A stretch of 64,000 bases of DNA, taken from contig JAZDGT010000002.1 in assembly GCA_043806635.1 (NCBI GenBank), positions 41,974 to 105,973 of the forward strand, read 5' to 3'. This DNA is from Methanobacteriota archaeon. Lineage in GTDB: Archaea; Thermoplasmatota; E2; DHVEG-1. Positions 32,000 to 40,300 of this stretch are shown here, one piece after another. The notes below the pieces were generated by a model that was not told where the DNA came from, did not search any database, and worked only from the letters and a program-made list of their open reading frames with translations. Each line of letters opens with the position of its first letter. Within the stretch, counting starts at the first letter, position 1. The position numbers and the translations under genes are program-made.

Positions 32000-32551
32000 T
32001 CAGAGTGCTATCGCAACGTAATTTTTATCTTCCTCAGAAACTTGAAACATTTGCTCGTCGATATATTTCAACATTTTTGCGACAAGAAGATCAGGGAACG
32101 AATGAATCCGGATATTATAGACGTTCACACTATCATTATAAAACTCTCGACGATCCGCAAGCTCATTCTCAAGAGCAGTAATCCGAAGCTGCAACTTCAG
32201 GAAATTCTCATTCGCCTTTAAATCAGGGTAATTCTCGGCCACCGCAAAAATCGTTTTCAACGAATCAGAGATAGCAGTATCCACTGCCGCCTTCCTCGAC
32301 AACGAGGATGCCTGCAGAACATCAACACGAGCACGTGTCAACATCTCCAGTGTATCCCGCTCATGCTCCATATACCCCTTCACAGACGCAACAAGATTCG
32401 GGAGTTCATCAGAACGCTGCTTCAACAACACATCAATATTCGCCCAGGATTTCCGTATATTATTCTTCAGACGAATAAGACCATTATAGATTACCACCAG
32501 AAAAAGAACGAACGTCAGGAGCACCAAACCAATAATCAACAACACAATCAT
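32000..32551 (-). CDS. lemA: LemA family membrane protein.
   Basis: MIVLLIIGLVLLTFVLFLVVIYNGLIRLKNNIRKSWANIDVLLKQRSDELPNLV...AENYPDLKANENF. The internal ATG at 32551 avoids overlap with the upstream gene. The ORF track starts at 32662. Confidence 0.85.
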   Translation of the reverse strand: MIVLLIIGLVLLTFVLFLVVIYNGLIRLKNNIRKSWANIDVLLKQRSDELPNLVASVKGYMEHERDTLEMLTRARVDVLQASSLSRKAAVDTAISDSLKTIFAVAENYPDLKANENFLKLQLRITALENELADRREFYNDSVNVYNIRIHSFPDLLVAKMLKYIDEQMFQVSEEDKNYVAIAL

Positions 32552-32598
32552 TCCAAGATCCAGTATACCAACACACTCCTTCTCCGTATCATAACCAA

Positions 32599-33312
32599 TC
32601 AGACCAATCCTAACAACACAATAAGACCAATAACAATGAAGACAACACCCAAAGCCAAACACACATAGACTTTAATATTCAACATCTTCAGAATATCCTT
32701 CTCAGATTTATCCGAGATGAAATAAAACTTCTCATACTTCCCTTTCTGAATAAGGATGTTTTCAATGCTCGTAATCGCCCCTTTTTCCGCCAAAGGATTC
32801 TCACCCGCACTCCCCATAATATACAAAGAATCATTCGGCTCAATTACCCATTCATGATACCGCATATTCCCCATACGAGTCTGAAAATCAGTAGAAATCT
32901 CAATATGGGCACCCTTCGGGTCCACTAGCACCGTCCCCGTCTCATCTTTGACATAAAAAGAGATACGCTCCGAGATATTCTTCACCGTAACCCAACGACC
33001 CTCAGTACGCTTCGTACGCGAATCATAATGTGTCTCATATCGCTCCACAAGATACCGATAATAGACACACGACTTCTGCGTATGAGGACTAATAAGGAGT
33101 TTATCCCCCACCGGAAACACTTGCCCATAGATTTCTACAAGCCCCATCGCAAGCGAACGGATCTTCGACGTGGGAATATTCTCGATAAGACGCTTATGTT
33201 TAAACCAGACCATTCCCAGAACGAAAATAACACTACCAATAAGCAGTAATATTAAACCAATAACAGTATGAACCATCCCAAAAACCTGTGCAAAGGGATT
33301 AGGAAACATCAT
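32599..33312 (-). CDS. GIDE-like (E3-ligase-named family) two-TM membrane protein, a frequent LemA partner.
   Basis: N- and C-terminal TM helices flank a beta-rich domain. PTSKIRSLAMGLVEIYGQV...CVYYRY resembles the GIDE family. Assignment from memory. Confidence 0.45.
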   Translation of the reverse strand: MMFPNPFAQVFGMVHTVIGLILLLIGSVIFVLGMVWFKHKRLIENIPTSKIRSLAMGLVEIYGQVFPVGDKLLISPHTQKSCVYYRYLVERYETHYDSRTKRTEGRWVTVKNISERISFYVKDETGTVLVDPKGAHIEISTDFQTRMGNMRYHEWVIEPNDSLYIMGSAGENPLAEKGAITSIENILIQKGKYEKFYFISDKSEKDILKMLNIKVYVCLALGVVFIVIGLIVLLGLV

Positions 33313-33399
33313 CGATGGGGAGAAACAAAAGTTATCATTTAAATCTTTTTTAAAAACATGAATAAAAAAAAAAATGATTTAGAGTAAAAAAAATTGTAT

Positions 33400-34449
33400 T
33401 CAAGGGTGCTCCTGGATAATCCCCACTTCTTTTATTTTCAAATAATTCGCAGGATGACTCTTGAAATACGCATGAACCGGTTCAAGAATCGTATTCACAT
33501 ACCTCGTTGTAGCATTTTTTAAATCCAACGGATGCAGACCAGAAGCAAACGCGTGCTCCAAGTCCTGGTACTGAGAAAAGGTGAGGTCTCCACCAAACTT
33601 CTCTGGTCGCTCAATGATAAAAGATTCATTTTTTAATTCAGGGAAAACGACGTATTTGCATATTTCGAGTACAGGGTTTCCTTTGATTTGTTTTTCTGGG
33701 CAGAATGCCTTACTCATTTTCTTCTGAATCTCCTCAGGGGAGTCGTGGATAGAAATCATGGAATCCGGTTTACTTTTACTCATCTTTACCTCAACTGGGT
33801 TCATCCGTCCACCCGCTTGTAACCCGGTGAGTAACGGTGTATGCAAGGCAACTGGGGGTGTTTTACCAAGTTTTTTAGCGACATCACGTGCAAGCATATG
33901 AGCGTGACGTTGATCCATCCCGCCATACACTACATCTAAGTTCAGATAAAAGATATCAGAGACCTGCATTGCTGGGTAGAATAGTTTCGATAAATCTTTC
34001 TCTGCTTCATCTTCTGATCGACCCATGATGTCCATTGCTCGTTTTACTCGTGCAACTGAGGTCGCTTTGGCTGTTTTGAGGACGAGCTCCCAATATTTTG
34101 GATCATTGACGTAGTCGCTCGCGTATACAAACTTGATCTTCTGGGTATCGAGACCCATCGCTGCGAAGCAATCCTCCATGTATTTTCCACAGAGTTTTAT
34201 TTTTTTAAGATCGCCTTCGAGTTTATCGTTAATGTATGCATGCCAATCAGCAAGCAACACGATGAAATGAAACCCGCTAGTGAGGAAATCTTTTATTTTG
34301 TTGGTACAGATTTTCCATCCGAGATGAACAGTGCCTGACGGTTCGAAACCGATATATGCGCGAGGTTTATCTTTTTGTAGTACCTGTTTTAATTCTTCTT
34401 CTGTTACCACCTCTTCGGTGTTCATCGTCAGGAGTTGTAGTTTATCCAT
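33400..34449 (-). CDS. tyrS: Tyrosyl-tRNA synthetase, archaeal type.
   Basis: AYIGFEPSGTVHLG (HIGH-type), LLADWHAYIN, KMSKSKP. Close overall resemblance to the Methanocaldococcus TyrRS N-terminus. Confidence 0.9.
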   Translation of the reverse strand: MDKLQLLTMNTEEVVTEEELKQVLQKDKPRAYIGFEPSGTVHLGWKICTNKIKDFLTSGFHFIVLLADWHAYINDKLEGDLKKIKLCGKYMEDCFAAMGLDTQKIKFVYASDYVNDPKYWELVLKTAKATSVARVKRAMDIMGRSEDEAEKDLSKLFYPAMQVSDIFYLNLDVVYGGMDQRHAHMLARDVAKKLGKTPPVALHTPLLTGLQAGGRMNPVEVKMSKSKPDSMISIHDSPEEIQKKMSKAFCPEKQIKGNPVLEICKYVVFPELKNESFIIERPEKFGGDLTFSQYQDLEHAFASGLHPLDLKNATTRYVNTILEPVHAYFKSHPANYLKIKEVGIIQEHP

Positions 34450-34560
34450 ATGAAGAGGGTAAATGGCTTATGGTATTTATGGTGATTTCGATAATGAAAA
34501 GAACGTTTTTGTGAGATTTTTTAGAAAACTATTTATATGAATTCAGATAAATAATATAGG

Positions 34561-35880
34561 GTGTTAAGGAAACCTGTGTATCACCTTGTGTTTGGTCTTC
34601 TTATTGGTTTGGTTTTGTGTACTCTTTTTATTCCAGTGACTGGTGAAATCACTTATGAGAGTCTGAATAAAAATATCTGGTGGTCAATGCATCATCATGA
34701 TCTGAGTAATACCGGGTTTTCTCCATCGAAAGCACCGGACACGAATACTCTTTTCTGGGTGAATTCGACTGGCGATCGTATATTTTCCTCACCAGCGGTT
34801 GTCTCAAGTCGTCTCTACGTTGGATCTGATGATACCTACATGTATTGTATGAATGCGAATACGGGTCAACGACTATGGAGATACTCAGTCGGATCCATGG
34901 TCAGGTCGTCTCCTACGGTAGGACAAGGGAAAGTGTTTTTTGGGGCGGATAACGGTATCGTGTACTGTCTTCGCGCGAATGATGGAAGCTTTTTTTGGAG
35001 TTATCAAACCCTTTCATGGTGGATATATTCTTCCCCGGTACTTACGAATGATAGAGTCTACATTGGTGGTCAGGATGGGCGCGTCTATTGTCTTGACGCC
35101 AACCCTGATGATAACGGCGATGGAGTAATCAACTGGATGGACAGTGATGAAGGGTACAACGATCCTGAAGGAGTCACCTATGATCTCATCTGGTGGTATC
35201 AAACCGGGTACTGGGTTGATGCGACACCCGCAGTTGCTCAAGAGCGGATCTTTGTTGGATCATATGATGGTTTCATGTATTGCCTTAACGCACAAAACGG
35301 AGGATTCATCTGGTCCTATGATACGAGTAGTTATCTAACAGGAGAAATCCATGATGAGGATGAAGAACCATTGATCTATCAACGATACATCGCCTCATCA
35401 GCAAGCATCTATAAACAGAATGTGATTTTTAGTACCACGGATGGTATGGTGTTCTGTCTGAACACCACCGATGGATCATTGAAATGGAAAACCCAGGCTG
35501 GACTCGGAGGAGATAGAACGTCTCCCGCAGTCGCCTATGGTCGCGTCTACATAGGATCGTATATTATCGAGATGCAGCCGCCGTATCCTCACTACGGAAA
35601 ACTGTTTTGTCTTGATGTGAACACGGGCCAACAACTCTGGAATTATACTGTGGAATCAACCGTACATTTTTGTTCAGTTGCTGACCATAAAGTCTACTTC
35701 GGCATCAGTAATTTCTGGGTTGAACCCGATTATCTCTACTGCCTAAATGCAACCAGTGGAATGTTTATCTGGAGATACGAGGTTGGTGATTATCTCATGT
35801 CGACGCCAGTACTCGCATGTAACAGCGTCTACGTGACATCCTGCGATGGGAATCTCTATTGTTTTAGAGGGCATGAATAA
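34561..35880 (+). CDS. Secreted PQQ-like (BamB-like) beta-propeller repeat protein.
   Basis: GTG start and a signal helix. Eight repeats of the type YCMNANTGQRLWRY, YCLRANDGSFFWSY, YCLNAQNGGFIWSY and FCLDVNTGQQLWNY. Confidence 0.8.
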   Translation: MLRKPVYHLVFGLLIGLVLCTLFIPVTGEITYESLNKNIWWSMHHHDLSNTGFSPSKAPDTNTLFWVNSTGDRIFSSPAVVSSRLYVGSDDTYMYCMNANTGQRLWRYSVGSMVRSSPTVGQGKVFFGADNGIVYCLRANDGSFFWSYQTLSWWIYSSPVLTNDRVYIGGQDGRVYCLDANPDDNGDGVINWMDSDEGYNDPEGVTYDLIWWYQTGYWVDATPAVAQERIFVGSYDGFMYCLNAQNGGFIWSYDTSSYLTGEIHDEDEEPLIYQRYIASSASIYKQNVIFSTTDGMVFCLNTTDGSLKWKTQAGLGGDRTSPAVAYGRVYIGSYIIEMQPPYPHYGKLFCLDVNTGQQLWNYTVESTVHFCSVADHKVYFGISNFWVEPDYLYCLNATSGMFIWRYEVGDYLMSTPVLACNSVYVTSCDGNLYCFRGHE

Positions 35881-35900
35881 TAAAAAAAAAAAAGATCTTG

Positions 35901-37268
35901 TTATCGCGTTAATCGTTTCACAACAGAATCAACGATCACATTGGAGACTCCGAGGTAGTTTTTCGGGTTCATCGTTGTTTCAAGCTCTCGTTTTGATAAA
36001 AGTTTCATCACTTTTTTCTCCCGTGCTAAGACCGTTTTTAACTCCGTTTGTTCGGCAACCGCTTTCATGGAACACACACGGACGAGCTCATGAGCATCTC
36101 CTCGCCCCATACCTTTCGCAACAAGTTTCGTCATCACTGCCTCAGCCATTGGTAACCCGCGTGACCGCGCTAGGTTCTCCCCCATTTTTTCAGGGAAGAC
36201 CTGGAGATTCTTGAATACGTTCGTCATCTGATACACGATCCAATCCGTGAGAATCAATGCATGCGGGAGAATAAATCGTTCAGCAGAAGAGTTACATAAA
36301 TCTCGTTCGTGCCATTGAATCGCGTTCTCATACCCAGGGATGATATTCGCCCGAACAACCCGTGCAAGACCACAGATTTGTTCACACATGATCGGGTTTC
36401 GTTTCTGCGGCATCGTCGACGAACCCACCTGTTTCTTCGCCTCAAATGCTTCAGAAACCTCACCAATATCACTGCGTTGCAGATTCCGAATCTCTGTCGC
36501 GAACTTCTCCATACTCGTCGCAATATTCGCAAGAACCGAGAGCAATTCGATATACCGATCTCGACCAACGATCTGCGTCGCTGCTTCCTCAACCCCTATC
36601 TTCAGATCCTGCATCACATACGTTTGAATCCGTAACGCATGTTTCCCCATCGCTGCTCCAGTACCCACGGCTCCAGACATTTTACCAACTAAAACACGTG
36701 ATTTTGACTCATATAACCGTTCCATCTGACGATCCACTTCCATGGCATAGACCGCCATTTTCAACCCAAACGTGATTGGGACGGAATACTGCCCATGCGT
36801 CCTCCCTGGCATGACCGTGTTTTTATGAGTTTTTGCTAGGGTGACCAACGCTTTTCGTAATTCTTTCAACTGCGCTGAGATCAACCCTGTAGCTGCACCG
36901 AACTGTAACGCATTCGCGGTATCAACGATATCATAACTTGTCGCACCAAGATGCACATATTTTCCTGCATCACCTTGACACACCTCGCCGAGTGCCCTAG
37001 TTACCGCCATGATATCATGTTTCGTTTCCTGTTCTATCTCGTTCACTCGCTCCACTTTCACGTACTTCACTGTTGCTTTCTTTGTTATCTCCTCCGCAGC
37101 ACTTTTCGGGATGTTCCCTACTTTTGCATGGGCTCTTGCTAAGGCTGCTTCAACATCGAGTAAAAACTGAAGTTTACTTCGTTCACCGAACACGTCGGTT
37201 ATCTCTTTTCTTCCATAGCGAAAATCTAGGGGACAGACAGGGTTATCCATAGTCGTTTTCTCCATCAA
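35901..37268 (-). CDS. purB: Adenylosuccinate lyase.
   Basis: Fumarate-lyase signature GSSTMPQKRNP. N-terminus PLDFRYGRKE typical of PurB. Confidence 0.9.
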   Translation of the reverse strand: MMEKTTMDNPVCPLDFRYGRKEITDVFGERSKLQFLLDVEAALARAHAKVGNIPKSAAEEITKKATVKYVKVERVNEIEQETKHDIMAVTRALGEVCQGDAGKYVHLGATSYDIVDTANALQFGAATGLISAQLKELRKALVTLAKTHKNTVMPGRTHGQYSVPITFGLKMAVYAMEVDRQMERLYESKSRVLVGKMSGAVGTGAAMGKHALRIQTYVMQDLKIGVEEAATQIVGRDRYIELLSVLANIATSMEKFATEIRNLQRSDIGEVSEAFEAKKQVGSSTMPQKRNPIMCEQICGLARVVRANIIPGYENAIQWHERDLCNSSAERFILPHALILTDWIVYQMTNVFKNLQVFPEKMGENLARSRGLPMAEAVMTKLVAKGMGRGDAHELVRVCSMKAVAEQTELKTVLAREKKVMKLLSKRELETTMNPKNYLGVSNVIVDSVVKRLTR

Positions 37269-37314
37269 CCATGAATACTCTGGTGGTTTAATGGTTTTTT
37301 GGACGATTGTTTTT

Positions 37315-37680
37315 TCATAAAATTGTGGGTAAAAACGTGGAAAGCTCCTTTGAAATTTGTTGTATTCGAGGATAATGTCGATTCAGTTTTTCGATTAACT
37401 CATTCAGTTGTTTAATAGTCCCTATGAGGAGAATATCTGCTGTTGTTTCTTTCAGCGCAAATGCTTCTTTGGGTAGTGCGACCTCACCCCCAATTGATAA
37501 CATGTCTTGTTTGATGATGATTGCATCTTGAAGGACGACGTGTTCGAGGCGTATGACTCGAGTAATCGCCTTTGGTGCCATGATATCGATACTACGCGGG
37601 TCACTTCCGATATTTTGTATTTCTCTTTGTGCATCCTTCAATGATGCTATGGGAATGATGCAAGGTTTATGTGTTACCAT
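37315..37680 (-). CDS. Conserved hypothetical protein (121 aa). Tentatively like the small accessory domain fused to some dihydropteroate-synthase-like proteins.
   Basis: DAQREIQNIGSDPRSIDIMAPKAITRVIRLEHVVLQDAIIIKQDMLSIGGEVAL. The family link is recollection only. Confidence 0.3.
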   Translation of the reverse strand: MVTHKPCIIPIASLKDAQREIQNIGSDPRSIDIMAPKAITRVIRLEHVVLQDAIIIKQDMLSIGGEVALPKEAFALKETTADILLIGTIKQLNELIEKLNRHYPRIQQISKELSTFLPTIL

Positions 37681-37832
37681 CTTTATTGGGCAACGTAATT
37701 CTTGTTATTAATACCTTAGGCAAAAATGTCATATGATATATAAAAAATAGGTAAGAAGATATTAAAAAAATTGGCATTCAATATATTTATATAGTGGTAA
37801 AATATAATATTATTACGTGGGATTTTGAGATC

Positions 37833-38282
37833 ATGAGAAAAAAAAATGGACTAAGATTTTTTGCTATCAGTGAAATTGCTCTTTTGATTACTTTTGGTCT
37901 GATGTCGACCTTGGTTGCTGGACATATCATTCCGCCTCCAATCTGTTTAACAGCTAAACCACAAGTACGAATAGACGAATTAGAGATATACGAATTTACT
38001 GATCCACTGTTTGAAATCCATACACTCATTGTCAACCACGATTACTCTACCGTCAACATTACTATCAGACATATTATGATTTATCCTGATGGGGAAAGAG
38101 AACAACAGTCGTGGTATCAAGGGACGATGTATGGTGGTAATGGTTTTGAATTCTGGATACTCTGTGCATACACGGATAATCAATTTGGAAAATACACCTG
38201 GATAGTCACCGTCACACAGGATAGCAATGGCATGGTTCTAGATCAAGAAAAGATCACGTGGGAACGAGAACCAATACCCTAA
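37833..38282 (+). CDS. Hypothetical membrane-anchored protein.
   Basis: MRKKNGLRFFAISEIALLITFGLMSTLVAG is a signal/anchor sequence. The ORF track begins at a GTG at 37794. Confidence 0.4.
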   Translation: MRKKNGLRFFAISEIALLITFGLMSTLVAGHIIPPPICLTAKPQVRIDELEIYEFTDPLFEIHTLIVNHDYSTVNITIRHIMIYPDGEREQQSWYQGTMYGGNGFEFWILCAYTDNQFGKYTWIVTVTQDSNGMVLDQEKITWEREPIP

Positions 38283-38308
38283 TTAGTGAAATAGTATTTC
38301 ATACAATA

Positions 38309-38716
38309 ATGAAGGGTACCTATCTTTTAGAAGTATATTTGAAAGAAAACACGAATATATGTATCGGTAAATTGGGATGGAGACGATTTCCTAAGGGATT
38401 TTATTTTTATGTTGGCTCAGCATTAAATGGACTTGAAAAACGAATTCACAGGCACATGGATCCTCATAAAAAGATACATTGGCATATCGATTATTTCTTG
38501 AATCATGCAATAATCAAATCCATCTATTACCAAGAAAGTACAAAAAAGACAGAATGCTTTATTGCTGAAACCTTTAAAAAAACATGTCAATCAATCCAAG
38601 GTTTTGGCTGCAGCGATTGTTCCTGTGAGAGTCATTTGTTCACTGGTTCCCTATCTCAATTTACTTCTGTAATGAATAGGTTAGGAATGAAAAAATATAT
38701 AAATGCAAAATCTTAA
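38309..38716 (+). CDS. GIY-YIG-like DUF123 family protein.
   Basis: GFYFYVGSALNGLEKRIHRHMDPHKKIHWHIDYF. ATG at 38309; the ORF track starts at 38258. Confidence 0.65.
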   Translation: MKGTYLLEVYLKENTNICIGKLGWRRFPKGFYFYVGSALNGLEKRIHRHMDPHKKIHWHIDYFLNHAIIKSIYYQESTKKTECFIAETFKKTCQSIQGFGCSDCSCESHLFTGSLSQFTSVMNRLGMKKYINAKS

Positions 38717-38743
38717 AACATCTATTTCTTATAAGAGAGAAGT

Positions 38744-39055
38744 ATGGTTTCGATTATTTATTCAACGACTAGTAGTGAGGAAGAAGCACAGAAGATTGCG
38801 CATATACTTGTTAAAGAAAAACTGGTTGCTTGTGTTCATATCATTCCAAAGATAAAGTCAATATATCGATGGAAGGGAGAAATCGAAGTAGGAAATGAAT
38901 GCGTTTTATTGGTGAAGACAACGGAGAAGAATGTTGAGAAGTCGATTCAGAGGATACGAAGTCTTCATTCGTATGATGTTCCTGAGATTCTTGTGCTTCC
39001 ACCTGTTGGTGGGTTGAAAGAGTATTTAGAGTATGTTGAAGATGAAACCGTATGA
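38744..39055 (+). CDS. cutA: Divalent-cation tolerance protein CutA.
   Basis: AQKIAHILVKEKLVACVHIIPKIKSIYRWKGEIEVGNECVLLVKT...HSYDVPEILVLP. Confidence 0.85.
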   Translation: MVSIIYSTTSSEEEAQKIAHILVKEKLVACVHIIPKIKSIYRWKGEIEVGNECVLLVKTTEKNVEKSIQRIRSLHSYDVPEILVLPPVGGLKEYLEYVEDETV

Positions 39056-39681
39056 AGTATGTCTCTTTGATTTCTAGTGGTATTGATTCTCCGGTTGCGA
39101 CGTATCTGCTTTCGAAAGAAGCTGAGGAAGTGGTTCTGTTGCATGCGGATAATCGGCCGTTTACGGATGATCGTGAGGTGGAGAATTTTGTTCGTCTGGC
39201 TAAGTATCTGAAATCGTTGGGAGTATCGAAATATTCAGCGTATCTTATTCCGCATGGAGAAACTTTAGCGATGTATCAGCGTATGAGTGAGCGTCGTTTT
39301 ACTTGTGTGTTTTGTAAGCGGATGATGCTTCGGTATGCGGAACGTATGGCGGTGAGGGAGCATGCGGATGCGATTGTGATGGGTGATTCGTTGGGGCAGG
39401 TGGCATCGCAGACCCTGCAGAATATCAGGGTGGTGGAGCAAGCGGTTAAGTTACCGGTGTTGCGGCCATTGATCGGGTTTGATAAGGAGGATGTGGTGCA
39501 GATTGCGAAAGAGATTGGTACCTATGAGTTTTCTATTATGAAGTCTGCGGGGTGTGGGGCGGTACCGGTGAAACCATCAACCAAAGCATCGCTGGATCAG
39601 GTGTTAGCTGAGGAGCAAAACGTGGATGTTGAGCGGTTGGTTAAGCAGGCGATTGCGGGTGTTCAAATCGTTCAATTATAG
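39052..39681 (+). CDS. ThiI-like PP-loop ATP pyrophosphatase (tRNA sulfurtransferase catalytic domain only, no THUMP domain).
   Basis: PP-loop LISSGIDSPVA, MGDSLGQVASQTLQN, RPLIGFDKEDVVQIAKEIGTYE. ATGA overlap with cutA. Confidence 0.7.
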   Translation: MKYVSLISSGIDSPVATYLLSKEAEEVVLLHADNRPFTDDREVENFVRLAKYLKSLGVSKYSAYLIPHGETLAMYQRMSERRFTCVFCKRMMLRYAERMAVREHADAIVMGDSLGQVASQTLQNIRVVEQAVKLPVLRPLIGFDKEDVVQIAKEIGTYEFSIMKSAGCGAVPVKPSTKASLDQVLAEEQNVDVERLVKQAIAGVQIVQL

Positions 39682-39789
39682 TCTTTTTTTTAGTTGACTC
39701 GATGGGCTGTGGTGGGTGTTAATTTTTGGTTAAATGAAAAAGTTTAAAAACACCACGGATATACCATATTTAGTAGGCTGAAGATTTTT

Positions 39790-39809
39790 ATATACAATCT
39801 ATTGTATAT
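39790..39809. promoter_or_regulatory. Perfect 9+2+9 palindrome ATATACAAT-CT-ATTGTATAT overlapping a TATA-like element upstream of nrdR. Candidate NrdR-box-like operator.
   Basis: Read directly from the sequence. The central ACAAT..ATTGT resembles the published NrdR box consensus (acaCwAtATaTwGtgt), with mismatches. Confidence 0.45.
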
Positions 39810-39821
39810 GGAGTGATGAGG

Positions 39822-40277
39822 ATGAAATGCCCCTATTGCAACAATCCAGACAGTAAAGTCACCGACTCCCGGGACACCGAAATGTACTCCATCCGACGAC
39901 GACGAGAATGCCTCAATTGCGGCAGACGATTCACCACCTACGAATACATCGAAATGTCACCCCTCTTCGTCATAAAAAAGGATGGACGACGAGAGAAATA
40001 CGATCGGAATAAAATAAAAAACGGTATCATGAAGGCCATAGAAAAACGACCTATCAGCCACGAAAAAATAGAAGAAATGCTCGATACCATAGAGGAAAAA
40101 ATACGACGATACGGAAAAGATGAAATCGAAACATCCGTCATCGGAGAATACGTCATGGAAGCGCTGAAACAAGTCGACCAAGTCGCGTACATACGATTCG
40201 CCTCAGTCTATCGATCATTCACCGATGTCACCTCATTTGAAAAAGAGGTAAAAAACCTAATAAACGAACAAACATGA
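39822..40277 (+). CDS. nrdR: Transcriptional repressor NrdR (Zn ribbon plus ATP-cone).
   Basis: [18 protein letters not shown]...[17 protein letters not shown], then an ATP-cone. The ORF track starts at a GTG at 39813. Confidence 0.88.
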   Translation: MKCPYCNNPDSKVTDSRDTEMYSIRRRRECLNCGRRFTTYEYIEMSPLFVIKKDGRREKYDRNKIKNGIMKAIEKRPISHEKIEEMLDTIEEKIRRYGKDEIETSVIGEYVMEALKQVDQVAYIRFASVYRSFTDVTSFEKEVKNLINEQT

Positions 40278-40300
40278 ATTAAGAGGAGAGATGGAAGAAT

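Noticed and set aside
30889-32221. ORFs 30889..31311 (-) and 31883..32221 (+).
   Set aside because: They overlap the Nudix, Zn-ribbon and LemA genes in other frames and have no motifs. They are likely spurious.
32552-32662. N-terminal extension of the LemA ORF, and similar long 5' extensions of ligA, serC, translin, the permease and DUF123 in the ORF track.
   Set aside because: The extensions overlap upstream genes or lack an SD. Internal ATGs with an SD give canonical N-termini.
39682-39789. Search for a second NrdR box upstream of the palindrome, for example ACACCACGGATATACC.
   Set aside because: The candidate is not palindromic and matches the consensus poorly. Only one box-like element is reported.
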